NCBI GenBank assembly: GCA_050251055.1
Contig: JBFWNL010000006.1
Location: forward strand, 192,001-256,000
Length of the DNA: 64,000 nucleotides
Direction of reading: 5' to 3'
DNA from: Bacteriovoracia bacterium
Lineage (GTDB): Bacteria; Bdellovibrionota; UBA1018; JBFWNL01
The notes below the pieces were generated by a model. The model saw only the letters and a program-made list of their open reading frames with translations. It had not been told where the DNA came from and ran no database searches. Of this stretch, positions 19,191 to 27,273 are shown one piece after another. The first letter of the stretch is position 1, and each line of letters begins with the position of its first letter. The translations under genes and the position numbers were made by a program.

Positions 19191-20984
19191 ATGGGGAAGG
19201 CTTTTAATCTTGGTTGGAAGGTGGCGATGGTCGCGGTCGGCTCGGGAGCGTGGAGTGGTTACGCTTTCGCCGAGGGCGAGAGCTTGAAGATCACGACCCC
19301 CGCGCGTCCCGCCTACATCAACGCCGCCACGGATCGGGTTCGGTATCCCGTTACGGGGACCTGCGAAGACCGAGGTGGCGTAGTGCGGATGACGAGTCCG
19401 CTCGCGTTGGATCTCCCCTGCGTAAAGGGCCGCTTTTCCGCCCAGATCGACGTGTCCGGCCGCCGAAGCGGCGCATTTTCCTTGCGGGTAGAGCAGGATG
19501 TCGCCGGCGATACGAAGTTCGGTGGTCATCTCCCGACCATCCACTTGCAAGACGACGTGACGGTGAACGTGGATTTAGTTCCGCCGACGATCACCTTTAA
19601 TACGCAAAATATTGATCTCTACACGGTGAATCGCCATTCCATGCAGATTCGTTGCTCCGATGTGGCGCAACCCATCGAAGTCACCGCCGGTGGCGCGGTG
19701 GTTTACCGTGGGCGTTGCGCCTTGGCGAATCAGTTCTACGAGGTGAACTTGGATCTCGGAGAGATCGCGGATGGAAATCTGCAGATCCAGGTTCGCCACG
19801 AAGACGCCGCGGGAAACCCCCAGACCGCGAGCCAGCAGCGGAATAAATCCATGCGGTTTACCCCGTGGACTCAAGCGCATTCCGTCGATCGAGCCGGGCA
19901 TCGTTATCTCTTGGGGAATTCCTCGGTCCGCAATCTCGTCGTCTGCGAGCAGCCGACGGGAGAGCGCGTGGGCATGATTCCACAGACCGTCGGTTCCGGA
20001 GCAAGGTCTGCGGTTTCCAAGAACGGGCAGTTCTTGCTGGTTTTCGGCGCGGGGGGATTTCAACGGATTGCCCCTGACTGCTCGGAATCACTGGGTGGCT
20101 TTGCCCTGCCGTCCGAGATGACTTCGGCGGATTTCGTCAAGGTTTCGGACCAAGGTCAAATCTATGCGTTTCGAAGTGGCGCGCACATGGGCAGCTCGGA
20201 CACGGGTCCCGCGCACCTATTGCGATACAATCTACAAGGTGCCCTGATTTCCCAAGCGAGCTACGCGCCAGATCTCTGCGACTCGCTTTCGAGTTCTTGG
20301 GTCGCGGAGATCGCGAGTTTTCAGGTGAATCCGGACTCGGGCAAGGCGTTCCTGATGTGCTCTTCGACCCGCATGGACCCCGCTGGAAACAGCACTCAGT
20401 TCATCAACGTGGCCGAAGTGGGCGAAGGTTTCCAGATCGGTGCGTGGCAGGCGGTCGATACGCTCCAGTTCATATACGGAAACGGAGCGGAGTCTGCGCG
20501 CATGGAGATTAACGGCGTGGGTGACCTCATGGTTTACTACGGACTCAACTGGCAGGGCGCCCACTACATCCAAGCCCGTACGCTTCGCGGCGCGATCTGG
20601 AGCGCACGTACGAACTTGATGGTCGGGTCCACGAACCAGCTGGTGATCCCCGACGACGAAAGCTTCGTGATCGTCGCCGAGTCGCTCACCCAGACGGCAC
20701 AAAATTGCGGTCGCCCGGCTAATTTCCGCGCGGCTCTGTTGAGCTACGTGCGGGCGGGAGCCGCGTTGAGTCCCGGCTCATCCGCACGCACCCTTGCCAC
20801 GGCGGCGGAAACGGTGCCGGCGGGCGGTTGCCGCTTGGAGCTCGATCGCTCGACGTTGCGGCTCGACGACGCTGGTCACAGTTACGGGTTCGCGAATATC
20901 TATGACGGCACCTACTGGGCGCCGGTGCTGATGCAAGATCCCAACGCGAATGCCTCGATCCTGCAGCTTCTAGGGATGGATTGA
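19191..20984 (+). CDS. Secreted protein with bacterial Ig-like repeats and a probable beta-propeller (cassette 2 cargo)
   Basis: Signal peptide ending AFA; VDLVPPTITF and DGNLQIQVRHEDAAGN Ig-like motifs; beta-rich C-terminal half. Confidence 0.65.
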   Translation: MGKAFNLGWKVAMVAVGSGAWSGYAFAEGESLKITTPARPAYINAATDRVRYPVTGTCEDRGGVVRMTSPLALDLPCVKGRFSAQIDVSGRRSGAFSLRVEQDVAGDTKFGGHLPTIHLQDDVTVNVDLVPPTITFNTQNIDLYTVNRHSMQIRCSDVAQPIEVTAGGAVVYRGRCALANQFYEVNLDLGEIADGNLQIQVRHEDAAGNPQTASQQRNKSMRFTPWTQAHSVDRAGHRYLLGNSSVRNLVVCEQPTGERVGMIPQTVGSGARSAVSKNGQFLLVFGAGGFQRIAPDCSESLGGFALPSEMTSADFVKVSDQGQIYAFRSGAHMGSSDTGPAHLLRYNLQGALISQASYAPDLCDSLSSSWVAEIASFQVNPDSGKAFLMCSSTRMDPAGNSTQFINVAEVGEGFQIGAWQAVDTLQFIYGNGAESARMEINGVGDLMVYYGLNWQGAHYIQARTLRGAIWSARTNLMVGSTNQLVIPDDESFVIVAESLTQTAQNCGRPANFRAALLSYVRAGAALSPGSSARTLATAAETVPAGGCRLELDRSTLRLDDAGHSYGFANIYDGTYWAPVLMQDPNANASILQLLGMD

Positions 20985-20999
20985 TCTCTCTCTAACCTC

Positions 21000-21028
21000 G
21001 TGGCCGGGGCGATGATCGCCCCGGCCAC
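21000..21028. repeat. Perfect 14-bp inverted repeat (intergenic hairpin)
   Basis: GTGGCCGGGGCGAT-G-ATCGCCCCGGCCAC. Confidence 0.85.
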
Positions 21029-21039
21029 ACCCCCGCTTA

Positions 21040-22032
21040 ATGGAGGTAGGAGTTATGCTTCAAGTCCTTTTCGCCATGGGTTTACTCGCTTTACTCGCGC
21101 TCAATACGACTTCGGTGATCTTCCAAGGCCAAATTGGTGGTGTGCAAAATCGAACGATCGGTGAGGTCAATAGTCTGCATAATCTCCTGAACCAAATCAC
21201 CACTCATGCGGAAGCCTGTCGGCAGCTTTTTGGAAGTATCGATCTTTCAGGTTTGGTGGGCCGAGATGCTCCGGTAGAAATACCAGTCGCCCTCGAGCTG
21301 CCCGGGGTAATCAGTCTGCGCGCGGGGACCGAGCTCCCCGGATCGTTGATTCGACTGCAGAGCGTGGGGATTCGCGAAGCCGTGCGCGTGTCGCCATTTC
21401 GTCCGGTGTACCAGGTTCGCCTGCGCGTCGGTCTGGGTCTCCGGGACCTGACGGAGCGTTTGCGTCTCAATCGTCCGGATATATCGATCCCCGTACAGCT
21501 CATTGCTGATGAAAGGGGCATCGTACGTGATTGCGGGGGAATTCCCACCGACGCCGATCCACCCCGATACTCCGTCATTCGCTGCGCGAAAACGTTCACC
21601 CGCCAGTTTGTTTCAGAGTGGTTCGACCGTAACACCTACCGCAACTCTCGGCCGGGGCAACGGATCGCGGGCTGGAATTATATGAATTTCGCCAAGTTCC
21701 TTCCGTCCGAATGCGATGGCGGGCAGTTGCCGGACGAAAGCTACGAAGGCCAAGTGCAGTCGTCCGTGGTTTGTGGTGCTTCCGGAGTGATGGCAGTCCT
21801 AAATGCGGGGGATCTGCCGTTTCGTCCCGAGGTTCTTTTCGGTGGGATCGAGCCCGCTTATCTGCGCGGTCCCGGCGTCGTTTGGTACTACTCGAGCTGG
21901 AGCTCGGGCGCCTGCGAGCGCGACATGGGGTACGGTGACCAGGGAGTGATCGCCGTCACCTATGTTCGGCGTCAAGGCCCGGGGCGGGTCATGGGGGTCC
22001 CCTTGGCCCAGGTCGGCGAGCTGATTCACTAG
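21040..22032 (+). CDS. Pilin-like protein with distinct C-terminal domain (cassette 2)
   Basis: Hydrophobic N-helix, amphipathic helix ending in ACRQL, and ADERGIVRDCGG motif align with the other two pilin-like proteins; alternative start ATG 21055 follows AGGAG. Confidence 0.62.
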   Translation: MEVGVMLQVLFAMGLLALLALNTTSVIFQGQIGGVQNRTIGEVNSLHNLLNQITTHAEACRQLFGSIDLSGLVGRDAPVEIPVALELPGVISLRAGTELPGSLIRLQSVGIREAVRVSPFRPVYQVRLRVGLGLRDLTERLRLNRPDISIPVQLIADERGIVRDCGGIPTDADPPRYSVIRCAKTFTRQFVSEWFDRNTYRNSRPGQRIAGWNYMNFAKFLPSECDGGQLPDESYEGQVQSSVVCGASGVMAVLNAGDLPFRPEVLFGGIEPAYLRGPGVVWYYSSWSSGACERDMGYGDQGVIAVTYVRRQGPGRVMGVPLAQVGELIH

Positions 22033-22063
22033 TGCATATCGACGAAGATCGGCGCCCCGGTTT

Positions 22064-22507
22064 TCAACCCTCCACTAATGTGGCCACTAGTAAAACCAAG
22101 CCGGTTTTCGGGTCCAGGTAAGTGATGCTGCCGCCGTTGAGGTGATTTTCGAACTTTATTTTCCAGACTTCTCCTGCCGCCGGTAGATTTTCCAATCGAC
22201 CATACCGAATGGCGTGAGCGTTGTTCTTCAATAGCGACTGGACGAAGTTGATTGCGTCGTTAGCTTTTGATCGTTGCACCACGGGAGATCCCACTTTTGG
22301 TTCGTTCAGCTTGGGTGGCAGGTTGACGTGAAAGTGCCGGCGGACGGATTTTTCCGGCTGAGTCTTTATCCATTCTACATAGACGGAAAATGCGGCCTCG
22401 GGCGTGCGGATTTCTTTATTCACGGGCTTACCCCCTCCCGCCGCCCAGGTTTCCATGAAAACCAGCATTGAGACCACGGCGACAAAGTAAAAATCGATAC
22501 GGCTCAT
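22064..22507 (-). CDS. Small secreted protein directly downstream of the pilin-like gene
   Basis: Signal peptide; C-terminal WKIKF...GGSITYLDPKTGLVL (PepSY/NTF2-immunity-like by eye). Confidence 0.65.
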   Translation of the reverse strand: MSRIDFYFVAVVSMLVFMETWAAGGGKPVNKEIRTPEAAFSVYVEWIKTQPEKSVRRHFHVNLPPKLNEPKVGSPVVQRSKANDAINFVQSLLKNNAHAIRYGRLENLPAAGEVWKIKFENHLNGGSITYLDPKTGLVLLVATLVEG

Positions 22508-22516
22508 AAAACTTCC

Positions 22517-24658
22517 TTACTCGGTGAACTTGAGTTTGAAGCATTTGAACTCGCAGCGGATACCCATGTTTCGCTTACGCGCGACGTGGTAGCGCCACTC
22601 CGTGATTTTTCCGGTGGCGTCGAGGATGGGTGCGATGTGACAGAGCCCGCCCTTGAGCTGTTCGGCGTCGCTCGCGCTCCCGGAGTTTCCGAACCGGCTT
22701 TCGTTGTAGAATTTGATATCGCACCAGTCGTAGGGCGTGCCGTCGCTCGAATTGGGAATGGGCCGGCATCGCTCCGGGGTCCCGCTCGGGCTAAAGCAGC
22801 TGTTGCCGGTGGGCTGAGTTCCGCCCGCCCATCCTTCCACGCGCTCGTAGTCGCCGCCGGATTTGTCCCCGCAGTTTCCGAGCGCGTCGATGTCGCCGGA
22901 GGGGCACATATCGGATCGCATCGCTTCAAAGCCCGTCGGTTCGAGTCCCGCGCCGAGCTGGGCGGGCAGCACCACGCGCTGGGAGAGGAATACTTCCATG
23001 CGGGGCGCCGCCCACTTCGCTTGCCCATTGGCGCTAACCGCGGCTAGAACCTTATTCGGGGCCGGCGTACCCATGTCCGCGGCGTCCAGGCGAAACGCCG
23101 TTTGGGCACCCGTCGAAGTCGCCTGCGAAAGAATGATGCGGCCCCGGCCATCCATCGCCGCGAGCACTTGTCCGCCGTTTCCTCCGCTGCAGCTGCCGGC
23201 GAGTGTACAGTTGCGTAGCTCCAGGCGGCCGGCTCCTTCGTCGCCCGGGGCGGCCGAGTTAATGGTTTCCGAAAGGCGGGCCACCCAATTCGCGTTGGCG
23301 TACGCACCGGGCTGCTCCGGATCGGCGTGAAAAATGGCGAACCCGTTGTTTTTTCCGGGCAAAGAATTCGGCCCGATCGAGCGATACTCCTTGGCGCGAA
23401 CGTCGAGGTGCGCGCCAAGCGCTCGATTCACGAAGGCGACGCGTTTGGGGGAGTTGCCGACGGTGGGAGAGCTCCATACGCCGAGCTCGAGCTGATTATT
23501 GCCGGAAGGATCTTTGCCGAAACCCGCGTAGGCTTCGCCCATGTAATCCGTGCCGCCGGCGGTGCTGGGCACGCGCGTGCCGAACTTGAAGAGTCCCGAA
23601 ATCCCAAAGGCGCCGGGCTCGGCGGGGCCTACTCCCGGGGGAAGGAATTCCGCCACGGCTCGAGGCGCCGCCCCGCGCGCTTTGTGCATGAGGCTGAATC
23701 CGTTCGCATCGCCCCCAAAAATCAGGGCGGGACGCTTAATCGCTCCGGTTTCTTCGATCATCCCAAATGCGGCGGTATTGGTCTGCCATTGGAGGTTCAG
23801 CCCACGGAAACCGCGCAGGTTCCAATCGCTGTTATTCGCGGCCTGAGTGACGGCGTTGAGTTCCGCGCGAGCGGGCGCCGTGCCTTGAATCCAGCGGCCT
23901 TTGGTCCAAAGCGACGAGGTCGCGGGACTGTCGATATCTCTGCCCACCCCTTTGTGCAGGGGGATGTCGGTGCCCGGGGTGTCGGTCAAGAGCATGCTAT
24001 CGCCGACGCAACGAAGCAGCCCAGTCGTCGGGTCGGGTACGAGCTCGCCCCCCATGGCCGAGCACTGCATGCCGGCGTCGTTGCCGCTGCCGTAGCAAGC
24101 CACGATTCGACCGGCGGGATCGGTTTCGAAGTAGATATTGGAAAACGTGCGGGAAAGCTGGCGCGATCCGTAACCCGCGTCCGCGGGCGTGCGGCCCATT
24201 TTCTCGGCATTGATCGTGATGCGGCCGAGATAGCGCCGGCAGTTTCCGCCGGCTCCGCACGTGAAATTTTCGACGAAGTTCGTTTCCCTTACGCGGATCT
24301 CATTCACCCGAATGCTCGAGGAAGGAAGGGTGGAATCGGCTAGCACGGAGATGTTCGGGCTTATACCTACGGCTAGCCGATTCCACTTCTTGTCGTAACC
24401 GCTCGTCCAGGTTTGCCAGCCCGGATCACCATCTGGGTTATTGGCGATGAGGGAAGAGCAGACCCGCTGATTCATGACGGCGGTTTCGACAGAATTTTGT
24501 ATGGATACCCATTCGGAGGAGAGCTGCGTGCCGCGGTTCGAGCGCGCGCCTTGCACCACCAGCGTGCTGGACAGGTACGCCGCGCCGCTGATCAGCCCCA
24601 GCACCAGCATCATTTCGATCAAGGAAAAACCGTTTTGATTTTTCGATGAAAGAGACAT
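22517..24658 (-). CDS. Type IV prepilin-type protein with long fibre-like and Cys-rich C-terminal region (cassette 3)
   Basis: Canonical NG|FSLIEMMLVLGLI cleavage/methylation motif; start at ATG 24658 after GGGAGG. Confidence 0.82.
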   Translation of the reverse strand: MSLSSKNQNGFSLIEMMLVLGLISGAAYLSSTLVVQGARSNRGTQLSSEWVSIQNSVETAVMNQRVCSSLIANNPDGDPGWQTWTSGYDKKWNRLAVGISPNISVLADSTLPSSSIRVNEIRVRETNFVENFTCGAGGNCRRYLGRITINAEKMGRTPADAGYGSRQLSRTFSNIYFETDPAGRIVACYGSGNDAGMQCSAMGGELVPDPTTGLLRCVGDSMLLTDTPGTDIPLHKGVGRDIDSPATSSLWTKGRWIQGTAPARAELNAVTQAANNSDWNLRGFRGLNLQWQTNTAAFGMIEETGAIKRPALIFGGDANGFSLMHKARGAAPRAVAEFLPPGVGPAEPGAFGISGLFKFGTRVPSTAGGTDYMGEAYAGFGKDPSGNNQLELGVWSSPTVGNSPKRVAFVNRALGAHLDVRAKEYRSIGPNSLPGKNNGFAIFHADPEQPGAYANANWVARLSETINSAAPGDEGAGRLELRNCTLAGSCSGGNGGQVLAAMDGRGRIILSQATSTGAQTAFRLDAADMGTPAPNKVLAAVSANGQAKWAAPRMEVFLSQRVVLPAQLGAGLEPTGFEAMRSDMCPSGDIDALGNCGDKSGGDYERVEGWAGGTQPTGNSCFSPSGTPERCRPIPNSSDGTPYDWCDIKFYNESRFGNSGSASDAEQLKGGLCHIAPILDATGKITEWRYHVARKRNMGIRCEFKCFKLKFTE

Positions 24659-24683
24659 GACTTCCTCCCGCGTTTCCATCGGA

Positions 24684-24995
24684 TTAGAGACTTTGAACGC
24701 AGCTCGCCAAGCAGCTGGCTAATTCGGCCTCGAGTTGCTTCTTTTTGTCGCAGTTTGCCTGCGAGGTCATGAATAGGGTGGGTGGGCAAAAAATCGAGAA
24801 CAGTCCCACCAAGCCGCCGGCGTCTTCGTACTCACGAACCTTAGTGCCGAAGTCGTCGAAGCATTGCTGCGCGCATTCCAGGTCGGAATAGGTCGCTGGC
24901 GAAGGATTTTGTTTGGAGGCGGCGCCTTGGGCCACCTCAGTGCTTATGGAAACGAAAATTATTATCGCGAAGAGTTTTGTAAGAACCAGTTTCAT
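24684..24995 (-). CDS. Small secreted Cys-rich protein
   Basis: Signal peptide; six Cys (CxxxC...C...C...CxxxC); AAGGA RBS. Confidence 0.65.
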   Translation of the reverse strand: MKLVLTKLFAIIIFVSISTEVAQGAASKQNPSPATYSDLECAQQCFDDFGTKVREYEDAGGLVGLFSIFCPPTLFMTSQANCDKKKQLEAELASCLASCVQSL

Positions 24996-25025
24996 ATACG
25001 TCCTTTTTGTACGTTACTTGGGGGT

Positions 25026-25073
25026 GGAACCGGCCGCCGGGGCAAATATGGGAAACTTTCGGCGGCCGGTTCC
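25026..25073. repeat. Perfect 14-bp inverted repeat between the two small Cys-rich genes
   Basis: GGAACCGGCCGCCG (25026-25039) / CGGCGGCCGGTTCC (25060-25073). Confidence 0.8.
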
Positions 25074-25133
25074 TCGCTGGGCAAACGAATCAAAGTTCGG
25101 GTGACGCAATCCTATTTTGGGTTGCGACCTCGG

Positions 25134-25448
25134 TTATCGTTCGACTGAATTCGAGCTACCCACTGGGCGGGTGGCCTCGGGGACTAGGTACACCCGACAT
25201 CCGTAAATTTTGTAAGTACCCACGTATTCATCTTGGTAGGCGGCACAGAATTCCCACGTAGGCTTTGAGCCATCGGAAGGCCCGCAGAACGTGAACGCTT
25301 GGTTGCTGTTGTTGCCGTCGTCATGGCCTGCGCAGCGGCACCGCCACGAGCCTTCGCATTGGGCGGGCGCGGCTGCAAGCGCGTCGATAGTGACGCCTAA
25401 GTTCGAAACCGCCAGCCCCAATAAAAACATGAATTTTACGCCTCTCAT
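25134..25448 (-). CDS. Small secreted Cys-rich protein
   Basis: Signal peptide ending ALA; six Cys; GGAGGGG RBS. Confidence 0.65.
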   Translation of the reverse strand: MRGVKFMFLLGLAVSNLGVTIDALAAAPAQCEGSWRCRCAGHDDGNNSNQAFTFCGPSDGSKPTWEFCAAYQDEYVGTYKIYGCRVYLVPEATRPVGSSNSVER

Positions 25449-25684
25449 CTACTTCCCCTCCCAGGTGCTTTGTTTTGGTACCTGTTCAGTATGTGGTGCA
25501 TTGCGTTATTAATCAATTTTTAGTAAGCAGTAACTAATAAAATTAATAAAAATTCTTTTATTTTAATATAGTTATAAATATAAACTTAATTAATTTAATT
25601 TATTAATAAATTTATAGTAAGCATTTAGGGTTGATTTTACTCGACGCAGCACGGGCTCCACGTCACAATCATTTATAAGGAGAA
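25449..25684. promoter_or_regulatory. AT-rich divergent promoter region with TAGTAAGCA direct repeats
   Basis: TAGTAAGCA at 25521-25529 and 25615-25623; TGGTGCATTGC at 25494-25504. Confidence 0.65.
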
Positions 25685-26545
25685 ATGACGATGCGTCCGG
25701 AGATTCGCGAGTACCACGACTACCGAGCGTTTCTAAAAGATTGGCTGGCCTATAAACGGAATTCGGGCCCGCGCTTTAGCTACCGCGCGGTCTCCAAGCG
25801 CGCCAAGCTTTCTTCGGGTTACCTGACGTTGGTTTTGAAGGGGCAGCGACGCATCAGCGAAGAGGCGCTCGAGCAGCTCATGCCTCATCTAGGCTTGGTC
25901 GAAGGCCAAGTTTCTTATCTCCGAAATCTACGAAACATGGCGGAAGCCAACGATCTGGAACATAAGACGAATGCCTTGCAGAAGCTTCGTCGGTATCGGG
26001 TGTACCAAGAGCTGAATCCGAAAGAGTACGAAACCTTCCATTATTTCAGCCATTGGCATCTGATCGTCATTCGCGAAATGGTCACGATGCCTGAATTTAG
26101 GCTGGATCCGGAGTGGATTCGCCAGCGCCTTCGCCGCAAGGTCAGCTTGCAGGTCATTCGCCAAGCCCTGCAGTGGCTGCGCGATCATCAATTCATCGTC
26201 GTCGCCTCCGACGGCAAGGCCAGCTTCCCTGAAAGTCAGCAGATTACCTGCTCGGACACCGTGTTCCGTATCGCGCTTTCGGAATATCATCGGCAAATGC
26301 TGGGTATGTCGGTCGACGCCATCGAAGAGGTGCCGCGTGAGCAGCGAAACGTGCTGGGCTACACCATCGGCATGAATCAAGAGACGTTCTTGAAGGTGAA
26401 GGAACTGATGGACCGCACGATGAAGGAAGTCTGGGATCTGGCGCGGGCGGGCGCGGGACGGGATTCGGTTTATCACGTGGGGTTCGTGGCTTTTCCGCTG
26501 CTGGAGGCCCCGGCGTCGCCTGAGGAAAGTGACGAGTCTTCATAG
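25685..26545 (+). CDS. TIGR02147/DUF4423-family putative transcriptional regulator, copy 3
   Basis: IREYHDYRAFLKDW, FSYRAVSKRAKLSSGYL, WHLIVIREM, VYHVGFVAFP. Confidence 0.88.
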   Translation: MTMRPEIREYHDYRAFLKDWLAYKRNSGPRFSYRAVSKRAKLSSGYLTLVLKGQRRISEEALEQLMPHLGLVEGQVSYLRNLRNMAEANDLEHKTNALQKLRRYRVYQELNPKEYETFHYFSHWHLIVIREMVTMPEFRLDPEWIRQRLRRKVSLQVIRQALQWLRDHQFIVVASDGKASFPESQQITCSDTVFRIALSEYHRQMLGMSVDAIEEVPREQRNVLGYTIGMNQETFLKVKELMDRTMKEVWDLARAGAGRDSVYHVGFVAFPLLEAPASPEESDESS

Positions 26546-26655
26546 TTTCTATAAGTAATTGATATTATTATTAAAAAAGTGCTTACTGGTGCATTGCTAC
26601 GGGTTTTTCTTATTAGTATACTAATATTATCAACAATTAAGGGTAGGGGCTTTCC
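26546..26655. promoter_or_regulatory. AT-rich spacer with an IHF-consensus site and copies of the cassette 3 motifs
   Basis: IHF consensus on the minus strand at 26552-26564; TGCTTACT at 26580-26587; TGGTGCATTGC at 26587-26597. Confidence 0.6.
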
Positions 26656-27270
26656 ATGCAAATGAAGTTTTTAGCGATCCTTGCGCTCGCGCTGGCGTTT
26701 TCAGGCTGCAGCCAAGTGAGCATCAGTGGAGGTTCGGGCGGCGGAACCGCGGGCGGCAATCCCCTCACGAAGGATGTCGATCTGCGCTTTGATCCGTACT
26801 CTTCGGGAGCGGGTCCTCTCGGGTTTTCGTTTTGCGTGGAGGGCGTCGCCTTAATCGAAAGTGTGGACGAAGCCTTGCTGGTCGAGTCCGCGCTGGCGGA
26901 GCCGGCCTGGGTGAACTTCAATTCATCCGGCACGCAGATCGCGCGCTTCGAGCTTCGCTACGGTTTCTACTCCGGTCTACTGCTAAAGGTGAATCCCATC
27001 TGTGGCGAGACCGCCTTGTCGGCGTCGATTAAGAACCGCCGTGCATCGATTGAAACGCGTGACGAGCTAGTGTTCTCCTTTCGTGGCGATTTTGAAATCA
27101 ACGCCGACTCGGCCACTTTGGATCTCGCGCACAAAGATATGTTGGAGAGATTCCGCCAGGCAAACAGTGCCAAGGTTTTCCAGGAGGTCTCCGCGCTTTC
27201 CGGGAGTGTCGTCGTCAATCGGCAGCACGGTGACACCCCCGCTTCTAACGTCGAGGCTTCTGGCATCTGA
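26656..27270 (+). CDS. Lipoprotein of the regulator-linked family (DUF4382-like), copy 3
   Basis: Lipobox FSGC; GGGTAGGNP; LRYGFYSGLLLKVNPIC motif. Confidence 0.78.
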   Translation: MQMKFLAILALALAFSGCSQVSISGGSGGGTAGGNPLTKDVDLRFDPYSSGAGPLGFSFCVEGVALIESVDEALLVESALAEPAWVNFNSSGTQIARFELRYGFYSGLLLKVNPICGETALSASIKNRRASIETRDELVFSFRGDFEINADSATLDLAHKDMLERFRQANSAKVFQEVSALSGSVVVNRQHGDTPASNVEASGI

Positions 27271-27273
27271 CCG

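Noticed and set aside
1795-24658. Shufflon or diversity-generating retroelement as the source of pilin C-terminal variation
   Set aside because: No recombinase, reverse transcriptase, repeated crossover sites or silent C-terminal cassettes seen in the window
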